Origin: an uncultured virus (IMG/VR IMGVR_UViG_3300037044_000254)
Taxonomy: Duplodnaviria; Heunggongvirae; Uroviricota; Caudoviricetes
Virus record (IMG/VR): IMGVR_UViG_3300037044_000254
DNA length: 64,000 bases
Strand: one strand, 5' to 3'
Positions within the stretch are counted from its first letter, which is position 1, and the number at the start of each line of letters is the position of its first letter. Shown here in pieces: positions 48,897 to 57,637 of this stretch. Made by a program: the position numbers and the translations under genes. A model generated the notes under the pieces. That model did not search any database, had not been told where the DNA came from, and was given only the letters and a program-made list of their open reading frames with translations.

Positions 48897-50179
48897 TGCC
48901 CCCTCAGCAAAAAATCGTCAATTGCGTTCTTTGACTCATCATCCAAAGCGAGTCGGTCCAGTTTTACAAATCGTTTTCTGCCTATTAAAGAATCTACATA
49001 CTCCTCCCCTTGGCGTAGAGCTAAAACAATATCCTCACTGGGGGCCACTTCCGGTTGCTCACCTGAAACCATAACTTTGGCCAGCCTAATTGCTTCTTTA
49101 TTTTCAGGATTATCGATAAGTTCAAAGCGATACCAAGATCCACTCCGTACGAGTTTCCCAACCCGGAGTGTGACCAGCTTCCTATATTGTTCCCATGCTT
49201 CTGTATTCGCTTTAATATATCCTCTATCTTCAAGCGCACTTAGCAGTGCACGAGGGGAATGAATTCTATATTTATCAAAGAGTAACTGACCTTGGCGCAC
49301 GGCTGCAACCATAGCCATGGCAGCCTCATAAATTGGCTTCTTAAATGCTGGAATTCTTGGTGGGCCAGGACGAGGTCCAAAAAGGAAGAAGTTTTCTCCT
49401 GCATGAGTAGTTGTTATGGCTGGAGGTGGGATGAATCCATCACCTGCCAGCTTTTGAAAGACTGCTATGTCAGGATCATCAAGGTGAGTTCCACCGAGTT
49501 CACGATGATTAAGAATTTCGGAAAGTGGCCAACCTTGATTTTTTCCCAGAAGATCTAAGACCTTCTTTATCCTTCCTGAGGTATTAGATGCAACTAGATC
49601 AGCATACGCATCTTTGTTCTCAGCAAAATATGCTGGGGACAACAGAACATCTCGACCACGAGCCCGTCGACTTACAATGAATGATCCCTGTGTTCCGATA
49701 CGAATAACTCGATCTACAAGTTTCTTTTCTGCTCCTAAAGAATAAGCATGGTCTACTATAATAGGAGAGGCAGATAGCCTTTTTATCAGTGCCAACGTTA
49801 ATTCTTCTGGCTCTGAGAATCCGTATGTGCTTGCAACATCCCCCAACCCTGTGAATAAGTCATCAAAGTAAGGAACTTGCGGTATAATGGTTTTAATACT
49901 CTTGCCTTCCTTAACTAATTGAACAAATTCTGCTTCAGCCAACAATTCTACCACAGAGGCTACAGCTGTAGTTGGAATATCTAAAAGATAGACTGCAACT
50001 TTTTTAATTATGTCATATTTAACTGCCTGAACTCCCCTTAAATGTAATGCGAGCCGGACAGCCATTCCCAACCGATGAAGTATCTCAAATTCATCAACGG
50101 TAGTTTGTTCAAGGCAGACAGCTATGTCATGTGATCTGACGGAAATTTCACTTGGAGTTAATCCATCGGTTATAGGCAT
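48893..50179 (-). CDS. Hypothetical protein (possible repeated winged-helix)
   Basis: 428 aa, ATGA-coupled to the nuclease gene, low GC. Confidence 0.7.
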   Translation of the reverse strand: MPITDGLTPSEISVRSHDIAVCLEQTTVDEFEILHRLGMAVRLALHLRGVQAVKYDIIKKVAVYLLDIPTTAVASVVELLAEAEFVQLVKEGKSIKTIIPQVPYFDDLFTGLGDVASTYGFSEPEELTLALIKRLSASPIIVDHAYSLGAEKKLVDRVIRIGTQGSFIVSRRARGRDVLLSPAYFAENKDAYADLVASNTSGRIKKVLDLLGKNQGWPLSEILNHRELGGTHLDDPDIAVFQKLAGDGFIPPPAITTTHAGENFFLFGPRPGPPRIPAFKKPIYEAAMAMVAAVRQGQLLFDKYRIHSPRALLSALEDRGYIKANTEAWEQYRKLVTLRVGKLVRSGSWYRFELIDNPENKEAIRLAKVMVSGEQPEVAPSEDIVLALRQGEEYVDSLIGRKRFVKLDRLALDDESKNAIDDFLLRGQ

Positions 50180-50342
50180 ACCTAATTCCTAAAAAAGAAG
50201 ATGCAATCGTTACAAGGGTGAGGATAGTTAGTGTCAGAAAATATAGACATGAACTGTCTTGCGGGCACTGAGATCCCCGCCAATTCCTCCTTTCATGCTC
50301 TTTTCAGCTCTCGAGCTGCTCTTGCTAAATTAATCTCCCCCT

Positions 50343-51527
50343 TTATTCCCGCTTTTTGTCGAATGGGATTACCGTTCCCCCTGAAGGATCTTTGGATACC
50401 ATAGGTTTGCGCACTTGGGGTAAATATTCAATATTAGAATTATTGGTTAAATAGCCCTTTGGCAAACTTAGCAGTTCTTCAATATCGTTAGAAGTAAAAG
50501 CAAGATTGCCAAGAATTCCTTCACGCGATTGAATTTTTTCATTAATTATAAGTTCTACACACCTACGATTAAACATAGGTTCTTCAACTGGTAATTCATT
50601 ATCGAAGGGCTCTTCTTTTGCCCACCTTCTTTGATTATAGTTCATATATAATCTTTTTGCATCATCATCATCAATAATATTTAAATCATAGCATCGTTTT
50701 ATCATAGCTTTAATTGATACCTTCCATTTTCTTTTAATCGATAAAAATGAATTCAATGTAGGATAACTAAAATCTTTTGTAAATGCCTCTGCTGGCAGTA
50801 AAAATGCAGAAGCAAATCGTGATGCTTGAACCTCAACTTCTTTAAAATAACGTCCGATCTTTTCAATGGACCGATGTAAGACAAGATGTCCTAATTCGTG
50901 AGCGCTATCAAACCGCAACCTTACTGCACTACACTTATCATTCCCTATAACAATAATGGGGGTATTTAAATACCATATAGAAAAAGAATCCAAATTGTTA
51001 GCATCAAGCCTTAATAAGGCTATCATTGTACCTTGATTTTCAAGTAATCGCACGACATTAGAGATAGGGCCATCACCTAACCCCCATTCACGCCTACACT
51101 CCTTAGCGATTTTTTCAATATCATTATTATGTAAATTATGTGGAGTCTTCCCAACATCAAAATCAGGTATATTTACTGGCAGGAAGTCTATAAACTCCCT
51201 CAAATAATCGATGGTTTCTTCTAACCACTCCAGCCGTCTTTTAGCTCGAGTACGAGCTTGCTTAGTTGCAGCGCTTAGGGCTCTGAAAAAGATTCTACTA
51301 TTATCTCGGTCCTGGTAGGGCCTAAGAAAAAACTGCGTTGGTAAATTCAACTTATCAGCAATTCGCTCTAAAACTGAATGACTGGGACTTTGTTTACCAT
51401 TTTCATAGTTTGAGATAGATTGTCGAGAAATACCGCAGAGGTCAGCCAATACAGTAAGAGACAGACCGCGCGCCTCTCTGGCCTGCGTTAAACGCATAGG
51501 GGTAAAGCCGGGAATTGCTGTTCTCAT
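50343..51527 (-). CDS. XRE HTH + ImmA/IrrE (M78) metallopeptidase
   Basis: N-terminal HTH (ISRQSISNYENG); RFDSAHELGHLVLH, EVQASRFASAFLLP. Confidence 0.9.
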   Translation of the reverse strand: MRTAIPGFTPMRLTQAREARGLSLTVLADLCGISRQSISNYENGKQSPSHSVLERIADKLNLPTQFFLRPYQDRDNSRIFFRALSAATKQARTRAKRRLEWLEETIDYLREFIDFLPVNIPDFDVGKTPHNLHNNDIEKIAKECRREWGLGDGPISNVVRLLENQGTMIALLRLDANNLDSFSIWYLNTPIIVIGNDKCSAVRLRFDSAHELGHLVLHRSIEKIGRYFKEVEVQASRFASAFLLPAEAFTKDFSYPTLNSFLSIKRKWKVSIKAMIKRCYDLNIIDDDDAKRLYMNYNQRRWAKEEPFDNELPVEEPMFNRRCVELIINEKIQSREGILGNLAFTSNDIEELLSLPKGYLTNNSNIEYLPQVRKPMVSKDPSGGTVIPFDKKRE

Positions 51528-52183
51528 TATTGCTTCTTTTTAGTTTGAATTTCCTTGCGCAGTTCAGGATGAGCCTTATCTTCACCTGGCTCCTCTTTGG
51601 TTTCAGGATATAGTTCCAAATTGCAGTATTCAATAAGGTCAATGGGCGGATGTAGATAAGCAAGTTCCGGAGAAGGAAACCTTAGAGTGGCAAATCCAAC
51701 CCTAGATAGATTTTCATATGACTCGCCAGGTTTAGGGGAATCTGGGCCATGTAAAATAACCCCAAAAATCTGGCCTTCTTCAAGATTGGGGTGCAATTCT
51801 TCTAGAGAAAAAAGTAGACCCTGTCTCTTAGCTAAAGAATTTCTCCTTATAGAAGGCCGAACTTTTCTTGATGGACCATCAACGGCATGAAATAAAAATT
51901 TGAAGGGTCCTATTTCTATTTCAGCCTGAGGACAATTGCCCCCCCAATTGCCCTTCCTATTTTTGCGAACGGAGAATTTAAGACCATGGTCTTTCGCAAC
52001 CTTTTTAATGCCCGCCTCTGTCATAGCTCGACGGAGAAGTGGAATTAGCCACTTTGCATCAGACCCGGGGAGATCAAGGTCTTTGTGGGCAAATCTAAAA
52101 CCATCATCGTAAATTCTAACCAATTCAAGGATACAGTCCGCAAAAAAGGCTTCTGGCACTTCTCTTTTTATAAGAGTGATCAC
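51527..52183 (-). CDS. Hypothetical protein, putative toxin partner of the ImmA/IrrE gene
   Basis: 218 aa, TAATG overlap with the peptidase gene. Confidence 0.6.
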   Translation of the reverse strand: MITLIKREVPEAFFADCILELVRIYDDGFRFAHKDLDLPGSDAKWLIPLLRRAMTEAGIKKVAKDHGLKFSVRKNRKGNWGGNCPQAEIEIGPFKFLFHAVDGPSRKVRPSIRRNSLAKRQGLLFSLEELHPNLEEGQIFGVILHGPDSPKPGESYENLSRVGFATLRFPSPELAYLHPPIDLIEYCNLELYPETKEEPGEDKAHPELRKEIQTKKKQ

Positions 52184-52212
52184 GTTAACCCCCCTGCGAT
52201 GTTGTTCGTAAA

Positions 52213-52242
52213 CTTATACTACAGATCGCCAGATAATGTCAA
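52213..52242 (-). promoter_or_regulatory. Putative sigma70 promoter of the two-gene cassette
   Basis: TTGACA-N18-TATAAG. Confidence 0.5.
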
Positions 52243-52274
52243 GGGGAAAAGATAATTTATGATATTTCGTCAAG

Positions 52275-52474
52275 TTATGAAGTTTTGGCTTTTTCCCATC
52301 GGGCTTTTGCGGCTTTCCTGGCAGCTTCTTTCCGTTCTTCGGCAGGTTCACCCTCAGTGGCGAGATCAACGATCGTCTTAAGACAAGAAATTGACCTTCA
52401 TCACGAAATCAATAATAAAGACCCGGGATCCCCGAAGGGAGCCCGGCGCTGGGTTCGTTAAGTATATAACCACC
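52275..52474 (-). mobile_element. Possible IS1595-family end and small accessory ORF remnant
   Basis: GGTGGTTATATACTTAACG end-like motif plus remnant LKTIVDLATEG...RKEAARKAAKARW. Confidence 0.35.
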
Positions 52475-52476
52475 GC

Positions 52477-54279
52477 TTAACCGGTGGCCTGTTCCCGCAT
52501 CTCCGGTATCACCGGAGCGATCCTACCATCCTCCAACCACCAGACCTGGATCTCCGGTACCGGGGAGGGCTTGGCTTCATCCGAAGTGGCGAAAACGAGG
52601 ATGGTATCGAAGTCCTGGCGCACTGCCAGCAGGAAGTCAATCAGTTGGGCTCTGTTCAAGGGGTCGAGAATGTCCGCCTCGTCGATCATCAGGAGGCGGG
52701 CGCCGGCCAGGGTGGCCAGCACATATTGGAAGCAAATCCCGGCCCGGTATCTGGCGGACTTACTCAGGCAGGCGTAGGGTGAACTGCGGTAAACCTCCAA
52801 GTCTTGGGTGAGCACCAGGGGGCAGTCCTCGTATTCTGGGAACAGGTAGCTTGAGGCCAGGTAGAGCTTCTTGTTGAACGGCTCCAGGGCCTCAGCAATG
52901 AGTTGGGAGGGGATGCCGTCCGCGGCCAGGGCCTTGGCAAGGGCGTCGTAAAGGGTGATCTCCTTTTCGGCCTGGGCGACTTTGGCCGTGACCGCTTCGG
53001 CTGCCTCCTTTTTGCGCCAGAAGTCCCGCACCGCGTCCAGGAGTTCATAACCCGTCTTCATCCGGGCATCCAGGACAGCGATTTTCTGATCCAGTTGAGC
53101 CGTCGCCGTCGCCTGCTCCTGCTGCTCCTTGAGCTTGGTGATCTTGTCGGAAAGCTTCTGGTAGCTTTCCTGGAACTCATTAAAGGCTTTCTCCCTAACT
53201 TGGGCGACCTTTAGTTCGGCCCCCAGGCGTTCAACCTCTTCTTGCTGCTCGTTAAGGTCGGCCTTCAATTTCTCAACCTTGGCCGTGTCGGAGGGCGGGG
53301 CGCCCGGGATTGCCACCGCACCGAACCGGGGACATGCGAGGCCAGAGCCAGGAAAGGCGGGACACGCCTCTGGCCACAATTGATCAGCCGTGCCGGATTC
53401 CACGGCCTCGTTTGCGGCCATAAGCTTTTCCAGAATCGGCCGGTTGATGTTCAGGTACTTCACCAGTGTTTCGATTTCCCCGGGGGTCGGGGGCGTAGAC
53501 AGATTTTCTTCCATGGCCGCCAGTTCCGATTCCATTTCAGGGAGCTTGTCAGTCTGCGCTTCCACCTTGCCGCGCTTCTGTAGGAGCTTGTCCCGGGCGG
53601 CCCGGAGCGTCGCTATGCCGTCTTTGACTTCCTCCTCCTTGATGTCCGGGAGGATGTATTCGGTTCCGCCGATGGTGGCCCGATCCTCCGGTTCCTCCAC
53701 CTTGGCCTCATCCCGCACCCGCTTGGCGATGCGCCGCCGGGTGATGGCTTCGGTTTCGGTGGCTTTGAAACCTTTAAAGGCAGCCAGAGTAGCCACTTCA
53801 TGGGGAATAGCTGACCCCGTGTCAAAGTCCGGGATCATTGTCTTGAGCTTTTGAAAGATTTCTTCCCCAGTCGGATTAAGCCCCGGGATCAGCCGGAACA
53901 GAATCTCCCGCCTCTTGTCATCGGGCAAGGAGAGAAAGTTTAACGGGTCACAAAGGATGCTGGCCATAACCTGATCGTCCGGGACTGGCCCGGTAACTCC
54001 GGCCGGGGTCTTGGGGGTTTTCTTGCGGGCGATGGCCTGGCCGTCCGCCAGGGCAATGGTGACCTCCGCGGCCCTGGCCCCTTGCCGGATCAGGTACGCC
54101 TGATCCTGGTGGGTCTTGAGCCCCCGGGCCTGGCCCGTGAGGCACCATTGGATAGCATCCCGAATACTAGATTTCCCGGCCTCATTGGCGCCGGCGATGA
54201 TGTTGATCGGGGCCTGGAGGTTGAGGGTCGCCTGCTCCAGGGCCAGAAAGTTTTTGATGTCGATGGTTTGGATTTTCAT
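52477..54279 (-). CDS. SMC/Rad50-like AAA ATPase
   Basis: GANEAGKSS Walker A, coiled coil with central Cys pair, LSKSA signature, LMIDEAD Walker B. Confidence 0.85.
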   Translation of the reverse strand: MKIQTIDIKNFLALEQATLNLQAPINIIAGANEAGKSSIRDAIQWCLTGQARGLKTHQDQAYLIRQGARAAEVTIALADGQAIARKKTPKTPAGVTGPVPDDQVMASILCDPLNFLSLPDDKRREILFRLIPGLNPTGEEIFQKLKTMIPDFDTGSAIPHEVATLAAFKGFKATETEAITRRRIAKRVRDEAKVEEPEDRATIGGTEYILPDIKEEEVKDGIATLRAARDKLLQKRGKVEAQTDKLPEMESELAAMEENLSTPPTPGEIETLVKYLNINRPILEKLMAANEAVESGTADQLWPEACPAFPGSGLACPRFGAVAIPGAPPSDTAKVEKLKADLNEQQEEVERLGAELKVAQVREKAFNEFQESYQKLSDKITKLKEQQEQATATAQLDQKIAVLDARMKTGYELLDAVRDFWRKKEAAEAVTAKVAQAEKEITLYDALAKALAADGIPSQLIAEALEPFNKKLYLASSYLFPEYEDCPLVLTQDLEVYRSSPYACLSKSARYRAGICFQYVLATLAGARLLMIDEADILDPLNRAQLIDFLLAVRQDFDTILVFATSDEAKPSPVPEIQVWWLEDGRIAPVIPEMREQATG

Positions 54280-54443
54280 AAATTCCCCTTAAAAAAGTTA
54301 TGTCCCGTCTGGTGGGGCCGACCCCTGGTGCATAGGATTACCGCCTGAATGATTGATTGCCCTCGACGGCTTAACTTGCGCATCCCAGCGTTTATCCCGT
54401 CAGCGCGCCGGGTTGGAGACAGAGGGCCCTGTGGAAAAGGGTT

Positions 54444-55556
54444 TTATTTAACCTTACAAAATTGGATGCTTTCGGTAGGTTTGCTCGGGGCCAGCTCCAA
54501 GACCTTTGGAATAAGGTCTTTGCGTCTGAGCTTTTTCAGGCCGCGTTCCAAGTTGGTCTTGGTGAGGTTGAGAAGCCCCCAGGCCTGATCGTTCTCCAGA
54601 CCGGCATCATTTAGGAGATAATCGGTTATCTCCTTGGGATCCAGCTCGTAGCTGATGGAGACTTTAGGGCCATAGACGACATCGCCCACCGGGACCGGCC
54701 CGTTCTCCTTGACGTAGCGTTTCAGGTTGTTCTTCAGCTCCGTGTCCATCGTCTGGATGGCCAGGAGCAAGGTAGCCGCCTTAACCGCGTCCTCTCGGGT
54801 GGTGGGGTAGAGAATATTCACCGGCACGATAGCCTGGGCCATAACCGGGCAATGAGCCATAACCCCGCACCAGCCGCAGAACGAGCCCGGGGTCGGCTCA
54901 AAGTCCTTGTCTTTCCTGGATTCGATCCGCTCGATTCTTTCCTCAAGTTCCTTGGGAACCGTTGTCAGGTCATCCGGGAGAAGGATGACTTCCCGGTCCG
55001 CCCCGTAGCGGAGAAAGTGGAGGCGCAAGAGGATCTCTTGAGCCGTGGGAAAGGTGGCTTCCCGCACTCCCCAGCCATAGATTCGCAATTGCAGATTTTT
55101 CTCCACCGTTTCAGGGATCACGCGGTTAGATTTCCAATCCTGCACCACCACCAGCTCACCCTGCCGGTAGGTCCAATCCACCACCATGCGGAAGAAGGCA
55201 TCGTCGCTGAAATATCCGGTGGGCTTCCAGCGCCGGTCAAAGGCCAGCTTCAATTCCACCCCAGGAAATTCCATGGGCGGCAGAATGAAGGAGTTGAAGA
55301 ATCGCGGCCAGATCTCGAAAACGTCATCCGGGGCCTCTTTGGGCGTGAGCTGCTCGGCCCAGGCCCAGTCGGTTTGGAGTTTGGCCCCGATCAGCCGATC
55401 CAGATATTGCGCCGCCAACTCGTGGAGCATTTTCCCGATGACCAGCGGCTCCGTTTCTGCCCTGGGAATCCGCTCGATGTAGATCTTCTGATAAGCAAAG
55501 GGGCATTTCTCGTCCGTCTCCAGCTTGCTGAAGGAATAGCTTGGTTTCTTGGCCAT
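54444..55556 (-). CDS. PD-(D/E)xK Cas4/AddB-like exonuclease
   Basis: SFSKL..CP, GKMLHE, VD..QDWKS, QLRIY, CGWC..HCP (Fe-S type Cys). Confidence 0.85.
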   Translation of the reverse strand: MAKKPSYSFSKLETDEKCPFAYQKIYIERIPRAETEPLVIGKMLHELAAQYLDRLIGAKLQTDWAWAEQLTPKEAPDDVFEIWPRFFNSFILPPMEFPGVELKLAFDRRWKPTGYFSDDAFFRMVVDWTYRQGELVVVQDWKSNRVIPETVEKNLQLRIYGWGVREATFPTAQEILLRLHFLRYGADREVILLPDDLTTVPKELEERIERIESRKDKDFEPTPGSFCGWCGVMAHCPVMAQAIVPVNILYPTTREDAVKAATLLLAIQTMDTELKNNLKRYVKENGPVPVGDVVYGPKVSISYELDPKEITDYLLNDAGLENDQAWGLLNLTKTNLERGLKKLRRKDLIPKVLELAPSKPTESIQFCKVK

Positions 55557-55566
55557 GGTCCCTCCC

Positions 55567-55818
55567 TTACCCGTCGAGGTGCTGGGCCGGTATTGTGGGA
55601 GCTATAAAGGATTGGATCACGGCGTCTTCCCCGAGTGATTTTGCCAAGCACATAGCCGCCAAATGGCCCGCGGCGATTCCCACACAAATGGCGATGACCG
55701 CCTTGTCTGAGAAGTTATGGTTCGAGATTCCCAGCTCCTGCATGCACCGCCGAGCTTCCGAAATCAGAAACCGTTTTTTCTGGCGTTTCTTGCGCCATTT
55801 CTTGAACCGGTTGAACAT
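55567..55818 (-). CDS. Hypothetical protein
   Basis: 83 aa with AAGGAGG RBS. Confidence 0.55.
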   Translation of the reverse strand: MFNRFKKWRKKRQKKRFLISEARRCMQELGISNHNFSDKAVIAICVGIAAGHLAAMCLAKSLGEDAVIQSFIAPTIPAQHLDG

Positions 55819-55830
55819 CAGGGCCTCCTT

Positions 55831-55860
55831 AAAAAAGTAGGGGGCCCGGAAAGGCCCCCT
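55831..55860 (-). terminator. Intrinsic terminator-like hairpin
   Basis: AGGGGGCC/GGCCCCCT stem followed by ACTTTTTT on the minus strand. Confidence 0.6.
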
Positions 55861-55884
55861 TGGTTTAAAGGGATAGGTGAGAGG

Positions 55885-57468
55885 TTAAAACAGTGACTTA
55901 CGGGCGTCCTGGGGCCTGCTGTTGCCTCTGGCCTGGGGTGGCGGGGGTGTGATGGCCGGGCCCGGGGTGCCCTCCCAACCCGGGGGGATCACTTCTTCCT
56001 GCTGCTGGGTCGGCCCGGGGCAGTTCGTGCACCGCTGGAGCCCCTGCTCATCCCGCCAGGTGGCCGGAAGGTCCGGGTGATAATCGCAGGGGCCGGTGAC
56101 CGGGGGCGGAGTAGTGGGTGCTGAGGAAAACCGATCATCGGCCCCCAGCACCTTGAGGTTGGCCACGGTGACCGTGATCCCAGCCTCCGCGAATGACTTA
56201 ACGACCATCTCCGGGGTCAGGCCGTCGGCGATTTCCTTGAGGTTCGGGGCCAGCTCAAGCACCAGAGAGTAGCTCCAGGACTCTCCTTCCGGCTGGCGCT
56301 CCCATTCCTTCAGAATGGCTAGGTTGCCCATCCCGGGTTTGTGGGACCGGATAGGAAGCTGTAACGGCAGCTCCTGGCCCTTGTGGCACATCTCCATCAA
56401 CTCGGGCAGGGTAACGGGTTGGGGCTCGGTCCGCTTGGTTCCCTGGGGAGGCTGGGGGCCGGGTCCGGCCTTGGCGGCGGCAGCCCTCGGCTTCTTGGGT
56501 GCGCCGTCGCCAGCCGGGGCAGTATTGAGGTTTTCAGGAACATACGGGCCAGGAGGTGCGGTGAACCCAACATCCGCGGCTTCATGGTAAAACTCTGCCG
56601 CCGTTTCTGCCTGATCCTGGGGGGCTTCCTGATGCGGCGCCACTAAAAGCTTCCGGGCTTCCACTTCCAGGGTCTCCATCCTGATCTGGCGGTCAATGCG
56701 TTTCTTGGTAATGTCGTAACCCAGCTCAGCCAATTTTTCTTCCGGTCCCCGATATTCCAGAGACATCACATAAACCACCATGTTCTGGCCCGCGGTGGGA
56801 CCGGCGGGCACGGTGACCGTTTTGGGACTCAGGACCAGGTGGAGGAGAATGCCCGATAAGACTCCGCCAGTGATGGTTTTGATCAGCACCAGACTGGACA
56901 GGATGGCATTGACGCTATTCCAGCTCGTCGTCCTGAACCTCCAGACACCACCCACCCGGTCCACCCCCTCCAGAAGCACTTGCAACGTGCCCATGGGCTT
57001 ACATTTATCCCTTTGGGCGTAGGTGGACTCGACCCGTTCGCAAGGACAAGAAACCGTCCCATATTCGTTGGGCTTTGCCAGCCGAACTGTGCCCGGGGTA
57101 GTATCGGGAATTTCCCCTTCTCCCAACCGTTGGGCCCTTTCTCCATCCCCGGTGCACCAGCATTGGTTTCCCTTATAGCAGGAGTACCGGGTCGGGAAGT
57201 TGAGATCAATGTCATCATACAGCAGCCGCACCGGGATCTCGGTGAGCTTCTGGACGTTCTGGGCTTGCCTGATTTTTTCCATCAGGGTCGTGTCCGGAAT
57301 GAGGCGCCCGGCCTGGTCCCGTTGCATGGTGGTGATGGTGATGTAATCGTGCTTTACCGGGAGGCGGTAGGTTTCATTGCTCCCCTGCTTCTTCCGTTCA
57401 TCCCCCAGGCCGCCGATCTTGATCTTGCCGCGTTCGGCCAGCTGGGGGGTCAATCCTTTAATCGCCAT
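55885..57468 (-). CDS. Gp3-like / recombination-directionality-factor-like phage protein
   Basis: GKIKIG, PVRLLYDD, CTGDGE, CKPMGTL, GVWRFRTTSWNS; Pro-rich C-terminus. Confidence 0.7.
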   Translation of the reverse strand: MAIKGLTPQLAERGKIKIGGLGDERKKQGSNETYRLPVKHDYITITTMQRDQAGRLIPDTTLMEKIRQAQNVQKLTEIPVRLLYDDIDLNFPTRYSCYKGNQCWCTGDGERAQRLGEGEIPDTTPGTVRLAKPNEYGTVSCPCERVESTYAQRDKCKPMGTLQVLLEGVDRVGGVWRFRTTSWNSVNAILSSLVLIKTITGGVLSGILLHLVLSPKTVTVPAGPTAGQNMVVYVMSLEYRGPEEKLAELGYDITKKRIDRQIRMETLEVEARKLLVAPHQEAPQDQAETAAEFYHEAADVGFTAPPGPYVPENLNTAPAGDGAPKKPRAAAAKAGPGPQPPQGTKRTEPQPVTLPELMEMCHKGQELPLQLPIRSHKPGMGNLAILKEWERQPEGESWSYSLVLELAPNLKEIADGLTPEMVVKSFAEAGITVTVANLKVLGADDRFSSAPTTPPPVTGPCDYHPDLPATWRDEQGLQRCTNCPGPTQQQEEVIPPGWEGTPGPAITPPPPQARGNSRPQDARKSLF

Positions 57469-57499
57469 AAAATGTCCTCCTTACCCTTGGTCAGAAAAG

Positions 57500-57625
57500 T
57501 TATTTGCCGTCGATTAACCAGGCCCCGATGAAGATAGAGGCCCAGCCGCCGATTAGTAAAAAAAAGAGCGCGACCGCTTTCAGCCGCTCTCGCCAGGTCC
57601 CACCCCGCAGGGGCCAGAGGTTCAT
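57500..57625 (-). CDS. 41-aa single-pass membrane peptide (not in ORF track)
   Basis: MNLWPLRGGTWRERLKAVALFFLLIGGWASIFIGAWLIDGK; GAGGTG RBS; fills operon gap. Confidence 0.5.
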   Translation of the reverse strand: MNLWPLRGGTWRERLKAVALFFLLIGGWASIFIGAWLIDGK

Positions 57626-57637
57626 CAGGGGATCACC

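Noticed and set aside
54444..55556. Cas4 as part of a CRISPR-Cas locus
   Set aside because: No cas1/cas2 or repeat array; context indicates a phage exonuclease
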